DNA of 47,142 nucleotides from Escherichia phage 2G7b: sequence record NC_049954.1; one strand, 5' to 3'. Shown piece by piece: positions 24,589 to 34,177 of this stretch (position 1 is its first letter; each line of letters starts with the position of its first letter). The notes under the pieces were generated by a model. It saw only the letters and a program-made list of their open reading frames with translations, ran no database searches and was not told where the DNA came from. The position numbers and the translations under genes were made by a program.

Positions 24589-24887
24589 ATGCTGCCGCAG
24601 CATAGCGATATTGAAATAGCCTGGTATGCTTCGATACAGCAGGAGCCGAATGGCTGGAAGACCGTCACCACACAGTTCTACATCCAGGAATTCAGTGAGT
24701 ATATTGCGCCACTGCAGGATGCTGGGAAATCGCAACGGAGGAAGAAAGATCGTTGCTGGAGGCATGGAATAAATATCGGGTATTGTTGAATCGTGTTGAT
24801 ACATCAGTAGCTCTGGGTATGAAGCTGTTTGTAACTCATGTTACAGTAACAACCATTACTATCTCGAAGGTGCAAAATGTATATTGA
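24589..24887 (+). pseudogene. tail fibre assembly (tfa) C-terminal remnant, copy 2, frameshifted
   Basis: Frame A reads ..[10 protein letters not shown] (Tfa-like), then the conserved ..[27 protein letters not shown].. continues in another frame; about 85% nucleotide identity to copy 1 over ~80 nt. Confidence 0.7.
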
Positions 24888-25070
24888 TTTGATATTTTAT
24901 AAATTTACTTCGAATCTGGCACGTCAACTTTTGATTAAAGTAATATCAGTTTTCGGCGAAAAAAGGACCGTGTATATGAGACGATTTCATACAAGAATAA
25001 CAAAAATATGAATATGCTCCCAATGCAATATATGTTTTGCATTGGGAGCAAATAGCGGAATATTTTGAAA

Positions 25071-26555
25071 TTATTGTATTTCTGCTTCAGAATTTCCTGG
25101 GCAGTATATATTTTCTATTTTTTGTGGAGTGATCAGGTGATGTACAACTGCTTTATCTACACATAAATTAACTCCGGTGAGAGCTAATGTATGCCCATCA
25201 CCATTTATTGTTAGTAACGGGCTGGAAAATTTCTCTGCCATCTTACGGGCATTAATCCAGGGCGTTGTTGGGTCGTATTTGTGTGCTACAAACAGTAAAC
25301 CAGAGGGCAGAACAGTATTTTTCAGGCGAGTTTTGTTCAGGTCGCTATGTATTGGCCATAATTCACAAAAATCAGGTGAATCGGAACGTCCATTGTCAAA
25401 GTTAATGGCCGGGAAGGCATTCGCAAGAGCGTCTTTTCGGGATTTTCGCTCTTCTGGTGTTAATTGCTCATCCCCCTGATCTACACAGAGGATTACCCCC
25501 GAAGCATCGCTTGACTCTTCTGAGGCTATCGGAGCACTGAGCGCAGTTTCAATTTCATTACTGACAATCCCCTGAGAGAACTGGCGTATGGCAGTTGCAA
25601 GGGTTGGCCATGATGAACGCCATAGCAGAAGGTCTGTTGTTAATGATATGAGTTCATCTGAAGATATATTTTCTCCCTTACTGTCTAATAAAGGTTTGTG
25701 ATGTAATTTTGATAATAGCTCATGGAACTGAGTTATTGCCTTATCTCTGTCTGAAGAAAGCGGGCAACTTTTTGTACGCGCACACCAGGATGCAAAGCGA
25801 TCAAACGTTTCCTGATAACTCTGTGCCTGTTTGAGTTGCCATGTGAAGTTGTCCTCCAGGTCATCGATATCGACGACTCCATCAAGAACGATAGATCTTA
25901 CGTTGTAGGGAAAACGTTCTGCATATAAGGCTGCAATTTGAGTTCCATACGAATACGCCACGGCTGTCAGTTGTTTATCCCCCAAGGCTTGCCTAATACG
26001 ATCAATATCGTATACAGCCTCGTTAGAGCCGATATGGCGAATGACTTCGGCTCCGGTATTATGGATACAGGCATTAATTTTATTTAATACTTGTTGCTTT
26101 TCGGTTATGTTTTCCTGAGTCTCTGTATCTGATTGCCGGCAGTTTATTGTCGGAGTGGACTGTCCGACGCCTCGAGGATCAAATCCAATAATATCCCATG
26201 ACTCACGAAGATTTGTGACTGGCCAGTCAAAGTTAATATAAGGATTTATGCCTGGTAACCCGGGACCACCACTTATTATCAGGATACTTCCTTTATGCTT
26301 GCTTTTTGCCGGCAATTTTGTCAACGCTAGTTTGACTTGTGATTTTTTTTCATAAGAAGCATCTCCGCCTGTGTCTGTATATTTTAATGGAACAGACAAA
26401 TAACCACATAGTAAGTCAGGAGACGGTTTTTCCTCACCAAACCAGTGGTTGAATTGACTGGCCATACAGGATTGCCACTGTATCTGCTGGGCAGATACGG
26501 TTACTGGTAGAAGTAACGTTAAAACAACTTTGAAATGAGTAATTATTTTTCGCAT
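25071..26555 (-). CDS. secreted alpha/beta-hydrolase, S33 prolyl/tripeptidyl-aminopeptidase-like
   Basis: 494-aa ORF with signal peptide MRKIITHFKVVLTLLLPVTVSA, motif GFDPRGVGQS, nucleophile-elbow-like AYSYGT and C-terminal GDGHT; AT-rich codon usage. Confidence 0.6.
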   Translation of the reverse strand: MRKIITHFKVVLTLLLPVTVSAQQIQWQSCMASQFNHWFGEEKPSPDLLCGYLSVPLKYTDTGGDASYEKKSQVKLALTKLPAKSKHKGSILIISGGPGLPGINPYINFDWPVTNLRESWDIIGFDPRGVGQSTPTINCRQSDTETQENITEKQQVLNKINACIHNTGAEVIRHIGSNEAVYDIDRIRQALGDKQLTAVAYSYGTQIAALYAERFPYNVRSIVLDGVVDIDDLEDNFTWQLKQAQSYQETFDRFASWCARTKSCPLSSDRDKAITQFHELLSKLHHKPLLDSKGENISSDELISLTTDLLLWRSSWPTLATAIRQFSQGIVSNEIETALSAPIASEESSDASGVILCVDQGDEQLTPEERKSRKDALANAFPAINFDNGRSDSPDFCELWPIHSDLNKTRLKNTVLPSGLLFVAHKYDPTTPWINARKMAEKFSSPLLTINGDGHTLALTGVNLCVDKAVVHHLITPQKIENIYCPGNSEAEIQ

Positions 26556-26741
26556 TGTGTCTCTGAATATCGGAATAAAGATAAGATTTGAATATATTGA
26601 GGTCTTGTGTTGCGGTAAGAGATTACACGTTATGACATAGGTTAAATGCTTACAAAATTAGTGGATATTGTCTACTTGTAACTGTAAACAAATTCCCCGG
26701 GGTTATACAATACCACCGGGGAGAAAATCTGGTTAACTTCG

Positions 26742-27695
26742 TTAAAAGGTGTACTTAAGACCAGCAGTAGTGATGAAGTTATAGTTTTCTATGCCTGCAC
26801 CATTTTTGCTGTAGTCTGAAGTGTTATCATTGTGATCATAAAGTGAAGTATTACCTTTTTTATTCGTAACCCGATTCCATGCGCCTTCAACATAAACTTT
26901 TGCGTTAGGTGTTACGTAATAACCTGCATTGACTGCAACAGAATAGTAATTTTGGTCTTTGACTTTACTGCGATAAGTGATTCTTTTTCCTGGGTCATAG
27001 TGCTCATCGTTATCAGATGCTTCCACCCAGCCGCTGTATTTAAATGTGCCACCTAGCTCAAAATCTTCATAACGATAACTTCCAGTCAAGCCAATGTAGG
27101 GCATTTTAAAACGTTGTTTGTAGCCGATTGCTCTTTCTCCATTCGGGAAGGAGCCGATATCATCTCTGAATCCCTCCTCAGAACTGTAGATATAGGAACC
27201 ACCTCTGGCTGTAAAGCTATAACGGCTTTCCTGATATCCGGCCATGAGTCCCAGGCGGTAATTGGGTTCGTTGAGGAGCCAGCCTTTGATATTCAGATCA
27301 AATTCGTTGGCATAATTGAGTTGTGTATCAGGGTGCCTACTTTCATCTGTCCAGGTTCCGGGGTTACTGGAATCCATCCAGTCCTGATCGACCATATTGC
27401 CACCTCGGCTGCCGAGAGTAGTCCAGCCCGCAGCCCCAATAGATATCTGGGGCATCAAATCCCAATTAATTGCACCTTTAATAATTGCAGCGTTATTGAA
27501 TTTCCAGTCGAGTTGACTGACTTTTCGGCCTCCTTCTTCAGCTAGATAAACGCGCTCTTTTGTTTTTCCGCTCAGAGTTCCAAGACTAATGTCCACATTT
27601 ATGTTGTCAGGAGTAAACGATATAGTCTCGGTAGAAGCAAAAGAGCTGATCGCAATAGGGGTTGTCAGGACTATTCCCAGAAGTTTCGCCCGCAT
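26742..27695 (-). CDS. ompT: omptin outer membrane protease OmpT
   Basis: 317-aa ORF MRAKLLGIVLTTPIAISSFASTETISFTPDNIN.. ending ..NYNFITTAGLKYTF, recognised as E. coli OmpT. Confidence 0.9.
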   Translation of the reverse strand: MRAKLLGIVLTTPIAISSFASTETISFTPDNINVDISLGTLSGKTKERVYLAEEGGRKVSQLDWKFNNAAIIKGAINWDLMPQISIGAAGWTTLGSRGGNMVDQDWMDSSNPGTWTDESRHPDTQLNYANEFDLNIKGWLLNEPNYRLGLMAGYQESRYSFTARGGSYIYSSEEGFRDDIGSFPNGERAIGYKQRFKMPYIGLTGSYRYEDFELGGTFKYSGWVEASDNDEHYDPGKRITYRSKVKDQNYYSVAVNAGYYVTPNAKVYVEGAWNRVTNKKGNTSLYDHNDNTSDYSKNGAGIENYNFITTAGLKYTF

Positions 27696-28116
27696 AAAAG
27701 TTCTCCATTCAATCGTTTTAATGATTGAATATGTATTTTTTATATCTAACTTAATGAGTCAATTACATATTGCTCCACTGTTTATATTTTGTTTAGTATT
27801 GAATGATTATCACAATGCGCTATCTGTTTTTGGTTTAATTATCTGTTATTGTTTTATGTTGCGGTTTTACTGTGTGGTTTTTTATGCTTTTGTGGTGTTT
27901 TTATCTATTTAAGCGCCATGCCTTTAGAGGCATATAAGCGAAAATAGCATGAGGTTTATCCTCAATTGCTATGTTTTTTGGTACAAAAAAGAGGGACAAA
28001 ACTGAGACACATAAGGCCTCACAATGGCTTGCAAGGCTTTACATGTTTTGAGGTAGTGGGACGTGTGAGCGCAGAGATGGCGCGGTAAGTTGTTGACTTA
28101 AAATGTCGTTCTAGGA

Positions 28117-28161
28117 ACTTCTAAGTCGTGGGCCGCAGGTTCGAATCCTGCAGGGCGCGCC
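28117..28161 (+). other. attP core: 3' ~45 nt of tRNA-Arg (argU) ending in CCA, not a complete tRNA gene
   Basis: CTTCTAAGTCGTGGGCCGCAGGTTCGAATCCTGCAGGGCGCGCCA matches the anticodon-stem-to-CCA portion of argU; the 5' half of the tRNA is absent; int stop lies 17 nt downstream. Confidence 0.8.
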
Positions 28162-28177
28162 ATTACAATTCAATCAG

Positions 28178-29341
28178 TTACGCCTTCTTTATATCCTCCA
28201 TAATTCCAGAGTGGGACATATTTGGGACATTATCACCAAAAATGTCGTCTATTTTCCTCGCATGCTCTGTCAAATGATTAGGCGCAAGGTGAGCATACCT
28301 ACGAACCATTTCTATGGACTCCCATCCGCCCATTTCCTGAAGCACTGATAATGGGACGCCTGACTGAATCAGCCAGCTTGCCCAGGTGTGTCTGAGGTCA
28401 TGGAAACGGAAATCTTCAATTCCTGCACGACGACAAGCTGATAGCCATGATGTCTTGCTGTCGATGCGCATCTTCCTGACCGCAGGCGTTGATGTTCCAT
28501 CTGCTCGCTTAGCCGCCTTGGTATGTACAAACACCCATTTGTGATGCTTGCCTATTTGATCACGCAACACTTTACAGGCGGTATCGTTCAGCGCCACACC
28601 AATGGCGCGGTTTGATTTGCTCTCTTCTGGATTCACCCAGGCAACTCGTCGCTGCATGTCGATTTGTTGCCATTCCAGATTTATGATGTTCGACTTTCTC
28701 AGACCAGTTGCCAGCGCAAACTTGACGACAGATTTCAGTGGTTCGGGGCACTCATCAATAAGGCGTTTTGCTTCCTCCTTTTCCAGCCATCTGACTCGCT
28801 TGTTTCTGACCGCTGGTATCTTGATGACAGGCGCTTTTTCCAGCCACTTCCAGTCGCGTTCTGCAGCACGGAGAATGGCCTTTATCATGGCAAGATGCTT
28901 TGCCTTTGTCTGAGTTGATACTGGCTTTGGTTCATAAACAGGCGGTTCTTTACCTTTCCTGATGGCGGCCTGAACTTTCTGTTTCCATATTTCTTTCGTC
29001 TTTCTGTTATGCATTCTGCTTACAGCAGAGTAAATCTTTGCCTCCGAGATATCTTTAAGCCTTATACCCTCAAAATGTTCAAGCCAGAACTCAATCCGGC
29101 TTTTATCTGAATCGAGAGATTTTTTATCAGCTTTTTCCTCAAGCCATCTTAGGCAGGCCTCTTCAAAAGTGACATCAGGTAAATCCCCTAGCTTTTCTAC
29201 TCGCCAGAGTTCTGCTTTTCGCTTGTCGTGCAACTCCTGAGCTTGCCGCTTGTCCTTTGTGCCAAGAGATTCCTTAATTCGTTTCCCGCCCGGGAGCGAA
29301 TACGAGGCATACCATATTTCATTTCTGCGGAAGAGTGACAT
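28178..29341 (-). CDS. int: tyrosine integrase (DLP12 IntD-like, argU-specific)
   Basis: 387-aa ORF with C-terminal ..[39 protein letters not shown].. (R..HxxR..Y catalytic motifs); adjacent to tRNA-derived att core. Confidence 0.9.
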   Translation of the reverse strand: MSLFRRNEIWYASYSLPGGKRIKESLGTKDKRQAQELHDKRKAELWRVEKLGDLPDVTFEEACLRWLEEKADKKSLDSDKSRIEFWLEHFEGIRLKDISEAKIYSAVSRMHNRKTKEIWKQKVQAAIRKGKEPPVYEPKPVSTQTKAKHLAMIKAILRAAERDWKWLEKAPVIKIPAVRNKRVRWLEKEEAKRLIDECPEPLKSVVKFALATGLRKSNIINLEWQQIDMQRRVAWVNPEESKSNRAIGVALNDTACKVLRDQIGKHHKWVFVHTKAAKRADGTSTPAVRKMRIDSKTSWLSACRRAGIEDFRFHDLRHTWASWLIQSGVPLSVLQEMGGWESIEMVRRYAHLAPNHLTEHARKIDDIFGDNVPNMSHSGIMEDIKKA

Positions 29342-29568
29342 TTTCTTTCCTCTGTTATGCCATCACCCGCGCTCACCTGGACAGTATGCAGCGGAGACTG
29401 AAGCGCCGCAATGCAGGCTTGCCGTGTTGTGAGGTAAGGAGATTTTGGCTTGGTTGGATCTTTACGTGTTGCCTGTAGGCGGCCTGTTCGTATCCAGTTG
29501 GTGGCGGTTGGTCTGGATATCTTAAGAAACTGACAGGCCTCATCGAGTGTGAGGCTGTATGATTCCAT
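29197..29568 (-). CDS. xis: excisionase-like DNA-binding protein (Xis/AlpA-type)
   Basis: [33 protein letters not shown].. ; the reading frame runs 145 nt into int, so the true 3' end is uncertain. Confidence 0.55.
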   Translation of the reverse strand: MESYSLTLDEACQFLKISRPTATNWIRTGRLQATRKDPTKPKSPYLTTRQACIAALQSPLHTVQVSAGDGITEERKCHSSAEMKYGMPRIRSRAGNELRNLLAQRTSGKLRSCTTSEKQNSGE

Positions 29569-29818
29569 GGTTACCTCTGCTTTTTGAACGCATGTCACGT
29601 AACTTCTTAATGTGTTCTGCCGTTTCGATCTCTTCTGCTATCCGATCTGCATCAGCTTTATTCACAGGTTCAAAGTCATGATTAAAGCGGAACATGCTGG
29701 CGATACATGTTCTGCCTTTTCGGATGTAGTGAACTTTGTTGTGGGTAGAACGCAGGATTTTGCAGGGAGTGCCGTGGTGGTCGACGTACCAGGTGTTAGG
29801 AAAAATGATTCTGAACAT
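29540..29818 (-). CDS. hypothetical protein
   Basis: 92-aa ORF MFRIIFPNTWYVDHHGTPCKILRSTHNKVHYIRKG..; no family recognised. Confidence 0.4.
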   Translation of the reverse strand: MFRIIFPNTWYVDHHGTPCKILRSTHNKVHYIRKGRTCIASMFRFNHDFEPVNKADADRIAEEIETAEHIKKLRDMRSKSRGNHGIIQPHTR

Positions 29819-29865
29819 TTTTACACCTCAGTTGGACGATGTTGAAATTTGCTGCTTTGAGGCCA

Positions 29866-30084
29866 TCACAGTCCCCATTGTTTGTTCTTAAGTTCGATCT
29901 CCTCCTGGCAACTCGCACAAGTCCGACAACCCTGAACAGCCAGGCGTCTTCGCTCATCTATCGGATCGCCACACTCACAACAATGAGTTGCGGATACAGT
30001 CTGGTAGTTCAGACGACGCATTTTTATTGCTGTATTGCGCTGTAATTCTTCGATTTCTGATGCTGAATCAATGATGTCTGCCAT
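29866..30084 (-). CDS. TraR/DksA-family C4 zinc-finger protein
   Basis: 72-aa ORF with CxxC..(17)..CxxC (CCECGDPID..CRTCASC). Confidence 0.65.
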   Translation of the reverse strand: MADIIDSASEIEELQRNTAIKMRRLNYQTVSATHCCECGDPIDERRRLAVQGCRTCASCQEEIELKNKQWGL

Positions 30085-30182
30085 CTTTCATTAATCCCTG
30101 AATTGTTGGTTAATACGCTTGAGGGTAAATGCGAATAATAAAAAAGGAGCCTGTAGCTCCCTGATGATTTTGCTTTTCATGT

Positions 30183-30398
30183 TCACCGTTCCTTAAAGAC
30201 GCCGTTCAACATGCCGATCGCCAGGCTTAAATGAGTCGGTGTGAATCCCATCAGCGTTACCGTTTCGCGGTGCTTCTTTAGTACGCTACGGCAAATGTCA
30301 TCGACGTTTTTATCCGGAAAATGCTGTCTGGCTTTTTTGATTTCAGAATTAGCCTGACGGGCAATGCTGCGAAGGGCGTTTTCTTGCTGAGGTGTCAT
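30183..30398 (-). CDS. hypothetical protein
   Basis: Likely start at MTPQQENALRSIARQANSEIKK.. inside tool ORF 30183..30464. Confidence 0.4.
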   Translation of the reverse strand: MTPQQENALRSIARQANSEIKKARQHFPDKNVDDICRSVLKKHRETVTLMGFTPTHLSLAIGMLNGVFKER

Positions 30399-30474
30399 TG
30401 AACAAGCCCCATGTCGGCAAGCATAAGCACACAGAATATGAAGCCCGCTGCCAGAAAAATGCATTCAGTGGTTG

Positions 30475-30666
30475 TCATACCTGGTCTCTCTCATCTGCTT
30501 CTGCTTTCGCCACCATCATTTCCAGCTTTTGTGAAAGGGATGCGGCTAACGTGTGAAATTCTTCGTCTGTTTCTACTGGTATTGGCACAAACCTGACTCC
30601 AATTTGAGCGAGGCTATGTGCCATCTCGATACTCGTTCTTAACTCAACGGGAGATGCTTTGTGCAT
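30475..30666 (-). CDS. hypothetical protein
   Basis: 63-aa [40 protein letters not shown].. Confidence 0.4.
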   Translation of the reverse strand: MHKASPVELRTSIEMAHSLAQIGVRFVPIPVETDEEFHTLAASLSQKLEMMVAKAEADERDQV

Positions 30667-30829
30667 ACAGCCCCCCCCGTTTATTATTTATCTCCTCAGC
30701 CAGCCGCTGTGCTTTCAGGGGATTTCGGATTACAGAAAGGCCGGGAAATACCCAGCCTCGCTTTGTAACGGAGTAGACGAAAGTGATTGCGCCTACCCGG
30801 ATATTATCGTGAGGATGCGTCATCGCCAT
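30644..30829 (-). CDS. hypothetical protein
   Basis: 61-aa [29 protein letters not shown].. overlapping neighbours by a few codons. Confidence 0.35.
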   Translation of the reverse strand: MAMTHPHDNIRVGAITFVYSVTKRGWVFPGLSVIRNPLKAQRLAEEINNKRGGLYAQSISR

Positions 30830-31500
30830 TGCTCCCCAAATACAAAACCAATTTCAGCCAGTGCCTCGTCCATTTTTTCGATGAACTCCGGCACCATCTC
30901 GTCAAAACTCGCCATGTACTTTTCATTCCGCTCAATCACGACATAATGCAGGCCTTCACGCTTCATGCGCGGGTCATAGTTGGCAAAGTACCAGGCATCT
31001 TTTCGCGTCACCCACATGCTGTACTGCACCTGGGCCATGTAAGCCGATTTTATTGCCTCGAAACCACCGAGCCGGAATTTCATGAAATCCCGGGAGGTAA
31101 ACGGGCATTTCAGTTCAAGGCCGTTGCCGTCACTGCATAAACCATCGGGAGAGCAGGCGGTGCGCATACTTTCGTCGCGATAGATGATCGGGGATTCAGT
31201 AATATTCACGCCGGAAGTGAATTCAAACAGGGTTCTGGCGTCGTTCTCGTACTGTTTTCCCCAGGCCAGCGCCTTAGCATTAACTTCCGGAGCCACACCG
31301 GTGCAAACCTCAGCCAGCAGGGTGTGGAAGTAGGACATTTTCATGTCAGGCCACTTCTTTCCTGAGCGGGGCTTTGCTATCACGTTGTGAACTTCTGAAG
31401 CGGTGATGACGCCGAGCCGTAATTTGTGCCATGCATCATCCCCCTGTTCGACAGCTCTCACGTCGATCCCGGTACGCTGCAGGATAATGTCCGGTGTCAT
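30820..31500 (-). CDS. exo: lambda exonuclease (Red-alpha)
   Basis: 226-aa [46 protein letters not shown].. recognised as lambda Exo. Confidence 0.95.
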   Translation of the reverse strand: MTPDIILQRTGIDVRAVEQGDDAWHKLRLGVITASEVHNVIAKPRSGKKWPDMKMSYFHTLLAEVCTGVAPEVNAKALAWGKQYENDARTLFEFTSGVNITESPIIYRDESMRTACSPDGLCSDGNGLELKCPFTSRDFMKFRLGGFEAIKSAYMAQVQYSMWVTRKDAWYFANYDPRMKREGLHYVVIERNEKYMASFDEMVPEFIEKMDEALAEIGFVFGEQWR

Positions 31501-32282
31501 GCTGCCACCTTCTGCTCAGTGGCTTTCTGTTTCAGGAATCCAAGAGCTTTCACTGCTTCGGCCTGTGTCAGTTCTGACGATGCGCGAATGTCGCGGCGAA
31601 ATATCTGGGAACAGAGCGGCAATAAGTCGTCATCCCATGTTTTATCCAGGGCGATCAGCAGAGTGTTAATCTCCTGCATGGTTTCATCGTTAACCGGAGT
31701 GATGTCGCGTTCTGGCTGACGTTCTGCAGTGTATGCAGTATTTTCGACAATGCGCTCGGCTTCATCCTTGTCATAGATACCAGCAAATCCGAAGGCCAGA
31801 CGGGCACACTGAATCATGGCTTTATGCCGTAACATCCGTTTGGGATGCGACTGCCACGGCCCCGTGATTTCTCTGCCTTCGCGAGTTTTGAATGGTTCGC
31901 GGCGGCATTCATCCATCCATTCGGTAACGCAGATCGGATGATTACGGTCCTTGCGGTAAATCCGGCATGTACAGGATTCATTGTCCTGCTCAAAGTCCAT
32001 GCCATCAAACTGCTGGTTTTCATTGATGATGCGGGACCAGCCATCAACGCCCACCACCGGAACGATGCCGTTCTGCTTATCAGGGAAGGCGTAAATTTCT
32101 TTCGTCCACGGATTAAGGCCGTACTGGTTGGCGACGATCAACAATGCGATGAACTGCGCATCGCTGGCATCACCTTTAAATGCCGTCTGGCGAAGAGTGG
32201 TGATCAGTTCCTGTGGGTCGACAGAATCCATGCCGACACGTTCAGCCAGCTTCCCTGCCAGCGTTGCGAGTGCTGTACTCAT
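31497..32282 (-). CDS. bet: single-strand annealing protein Bet (Red-beta)
   Basis: 261-aa [62 protein letters not shown].. recognised as lambda Bet. Confidence 0.95.
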   Translation of the reverse strand: MSTALATLAGKLAERVGMDSVDPQELITTLRQTAFKGDASDAQFIALLIVANQYGLNPWTKEIYAFPDKQNGIVPVVGVDGWSRIINENQQFDGMDFEQDNESCTCRIYRKDRNHPICVTEWMDECRREPFKTREGREITGPWQSHPKRMLRHKAMIQCARLAFGFAGIYDKDEAERIVENTAYTAERQPERDITPVNDETMQEINTLLIALDKTWDDDLLPLCSQIFRRDIRASSELTQAEAVKALGFLKQKATEQKVAA

Positions 32283-32287
32283 CCGTT

Positions 32288-32704
32288 TTATACCTCTGAA
32301 TCAATATCAACCTGGTGGTGAGCAATGGTTTCAACCATGTACCGGATGTGTTCTGCCATGCGCTCCTGAAACTCAACATCGTCATCAAACGCACGGGTAA
32401 TGGCTTTTTTGCTGGCCCCGTGGCGTTGCAAATGATCGATGCATAGCGATTCAAACAGGTGCTGGGGCAGGCCTTTTTCCATGTCGTCTGCCAGTTCTGC
32501 CTCTTTCTCTTCACGGGCGATCTGCTGGTAGTGACGCGCCCAGCTCTGAGCCTCAAGACGATCCTGAATGTAATAAGCGTTCATGGCTGAACTCCTGAAA
32601 TAGCTGTGAAAATATCGTCCGCGAAATGCCGGGCTGATTAGGAAAACAGGGAAGGGGGGTAGTGAATGCTTTTGCTTGATCTCAGTTTCAGTATTAATAT
32701 CCAT
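32288..32704 (-). CDS. gam: RecBCD inhibitor Gam
   Basis: 138-aa [58 protein letters not shown].. Confidence 0.95.
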   Translation of the reverse strand: MDINTETEIKQKHSLPPFPVFLISPAFRGRYFHSYFRSSAMNAYYIQDRLEAQSWARHYQQIAREEKEAELADDMEKGLPQHLFESLCIDHLQRHGASKKAITRAFDDDVEFQERMAEHIRYMVETIAHHQVDIDSEV

Positions 32705-32802
32705 TTTTTATAAGCGTCGACGGCCTCACGAAACATCTTTTCATCGCCAATAAAAGTGGCGATAGTGAATTTAGTCTGGATAGCCATAAGTGTTTGATCC
32801 AT
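32638..32802 (-). CDS. kil: host-killing protein Kil
   Basis: Internal start [34 protein letters not shown].. within tool ORF 32638..32928; overlaps gam start as in lambda. Confidence 0.75.
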   Translation of the reverse strand: MDQTLMAIQTKFTIATFIGDEKMFREAVDAYKKWILILKLRSSKSIHYPPSLFS

Positions 32803-32935
32803 TTTTTGGGACTCCTGGCTGATTAAGTATGTCGATAAGGCGTTTCCATCCGTCACGTAATTTACGGGTGATTCGTTCAAGTAAAGATTCGGAAGGGCAG
32901 CCAGCAACAGGCCACCCTGCAATGGCATATTGCAT
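32771..32935 (-). CDS. cIII: FtsH inhibitor CIII
   Basis: Hand-translated 54 codons [54 protein letters not shown]; below the ORF-track size cut-off. Confidence 0.85.
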   Translation of the reverse strand: MQYAIAGWPVAGCPSESLLERITRKLRDGWKRLIDILNQPGVPKNGSNTYGYPD

Positions 32936-33007
32936 GGTGTGCTCCTTATTTATACATAACGAAAAACGCCTCGAGTGAAGCGTTATTGGTATGCGGTAAC
33001 GCCGCGC

Positions 33008-33376
33008 TCAGGCGGCTTTGATAGTCATATCATCTGAATCAAATATTCCTGATGTATCGATATCGGTAATTCTTATTCCTTCGCTACCATCCATTGGAGG
33101 CCATCCTTCCTGACCATTTCCATCATTCCAGTCGAACTCACACACAACACCATATGCATTTAAGTCGCTTGAAATTGCTATAAGCAGAGCATGTTGCGCC
33201 AGCATGATTAATACAGCATTTAATACAGAGCCGTGTTTATTGAGTCGGTATTCAGAGTCTGACCAGAAATTATTAATCTGGTGAAGTTTTTCCTCTGTCA
33301 TTACGTCATGGTCGATTTCAATTTCTATTGATGCTTTCCAGTCGTAATCAATGATGTATTTTTTGATGTTTGACAT
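33008..33376 (-). CDS. ea10: Ea10 (lambda early protein, putative ssDNA-binding)
   Basis: 122-aa ORF MSNIKKYIIDYDWKASIEIEIDHDVMTEEKLHQINNFWSDSEYRLNKHG.. Confidence 0.85.
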   Translation of the reverse strand: MSNIKKYIIDYDWKASIEIEIDHDVMTEEKLHQINNFWSDSEYRLNKHGSVLNAVLIMLAQHALLIAISSDLNAYGVVCEFDWNDGNGQEGWPPMDGSEGIRITDIDTSGIFDSDDMTIKAA

Positions 33377-33526
33377 CTGTTCATATCCTCACAGATAAAA
33401 AATCGCCCTCACATTGGAGGGCAAAGAAGATTTCCAATAATCAGAACAAGTCGGCTCCTGTTTAGTTACGAGCGACATTGCTCCGTGTATTCACTCGTTG
33501 GAATGAATACACAGTGCTTCTCTGTG

Positions 33527-33724
33527 CTAAATAATTAAATCATATTCTGATTTGGTTAGTTTATAAGTACCTCCTCTGGTGTAATATGCAAATCTGTCTT
33601 TGCTTCCATCAGAATTGTATACCCATCCACCAAATGGAAAGATAGTGTCTATTTCTCCAATATCTTTTTCACAACTAAATGTCTTTCCATTTTTAGTTGA
33701 ATATGCCTTTCCAACTGTCAACAT
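33527..33724 (-). CDS. hypothetical small protein
   Basis: 65-aa ORF MLTVGKAYSTKNGKTFSCEKDIGEIDTIFPFGGWVYNSDG.. Confidence 0.4.
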   Translation of the reverse strand: MLTVGKAYSTKNGKTFSCEKDIGEIDTIFPFGGWVYNSDGSKDRFAYYTRGGTYKLTKSEYDLII

Positions 33725-33763
33725 CTTCGCCTCTGTTGTTTATGCCAAAAATGAAGGCCACCA

Positions 33764-33964
33764 TCAGGCAGCCTTGTTGTTCTGTTTACCAAGTTCTCTG
33801 GCAATCATTGCCGTCGTTCGTATTGCCCATTTATCGACATATTTCCCATCTTCCATTACAGGAAACATTTCTTCAGGCTTAACCATGCATTTCGATTGCA
33901 GCTTGCATCCATTGCATCGCTTGAATTGTCCACACCATTGATTTTTATCAATAGTCGTAGTCAT
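33764..33964 (-). CDS. ral: restriction alleviation protein Ral
   Basis: 66-aa ORF MTTTIDKNQWCGQFKRCNGCKLQSKCMVKPEEMFPVMEDGKYVDKW.. Confidence 0.9.
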   Translation of the reverse strand: MTTTIDKNQWCGQFKRCNGCKLQSKCMVKPEEMFPVMEDGKYVDKWAIRTTAMIARELGKQNNKAA

Positions 33965-34177
33965 ACGGATAGTCCTGGTATTGTTCCATCACATCCTGAG
34001 GATGCTCTTCGAACTCTTCAAATTCTTCTTCCATATATCACCTTAAATAGTGGATTGCGGTAGTAAAGATTGTGCCTGTCTTTTAACCACATCAGGCTCG
34101 CTGGTTCTCGTGTACCCCTACAGCGAGAAATCGGATAAACTCTATTCACCCCTACAGAGAGCAAAAGAGAAACGCCG

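Noticed and set aside
27589-27912. 107-aa plus-strand ORF upstream of ompT
   Set aside because: Lies in a very AT-rich intergenic/promoter region and overlaps the ompT start; hydrophobic low-complexity translation typical of AT-rich non-coding DNA.
28090-28165. Possible complete tRNA-Arg gene
   Set aside because: Only the 3' ~45 nt match argU; the upstream sequence does not form the acceptor and D arms, so this is an attP core rather than a tRNA gene.
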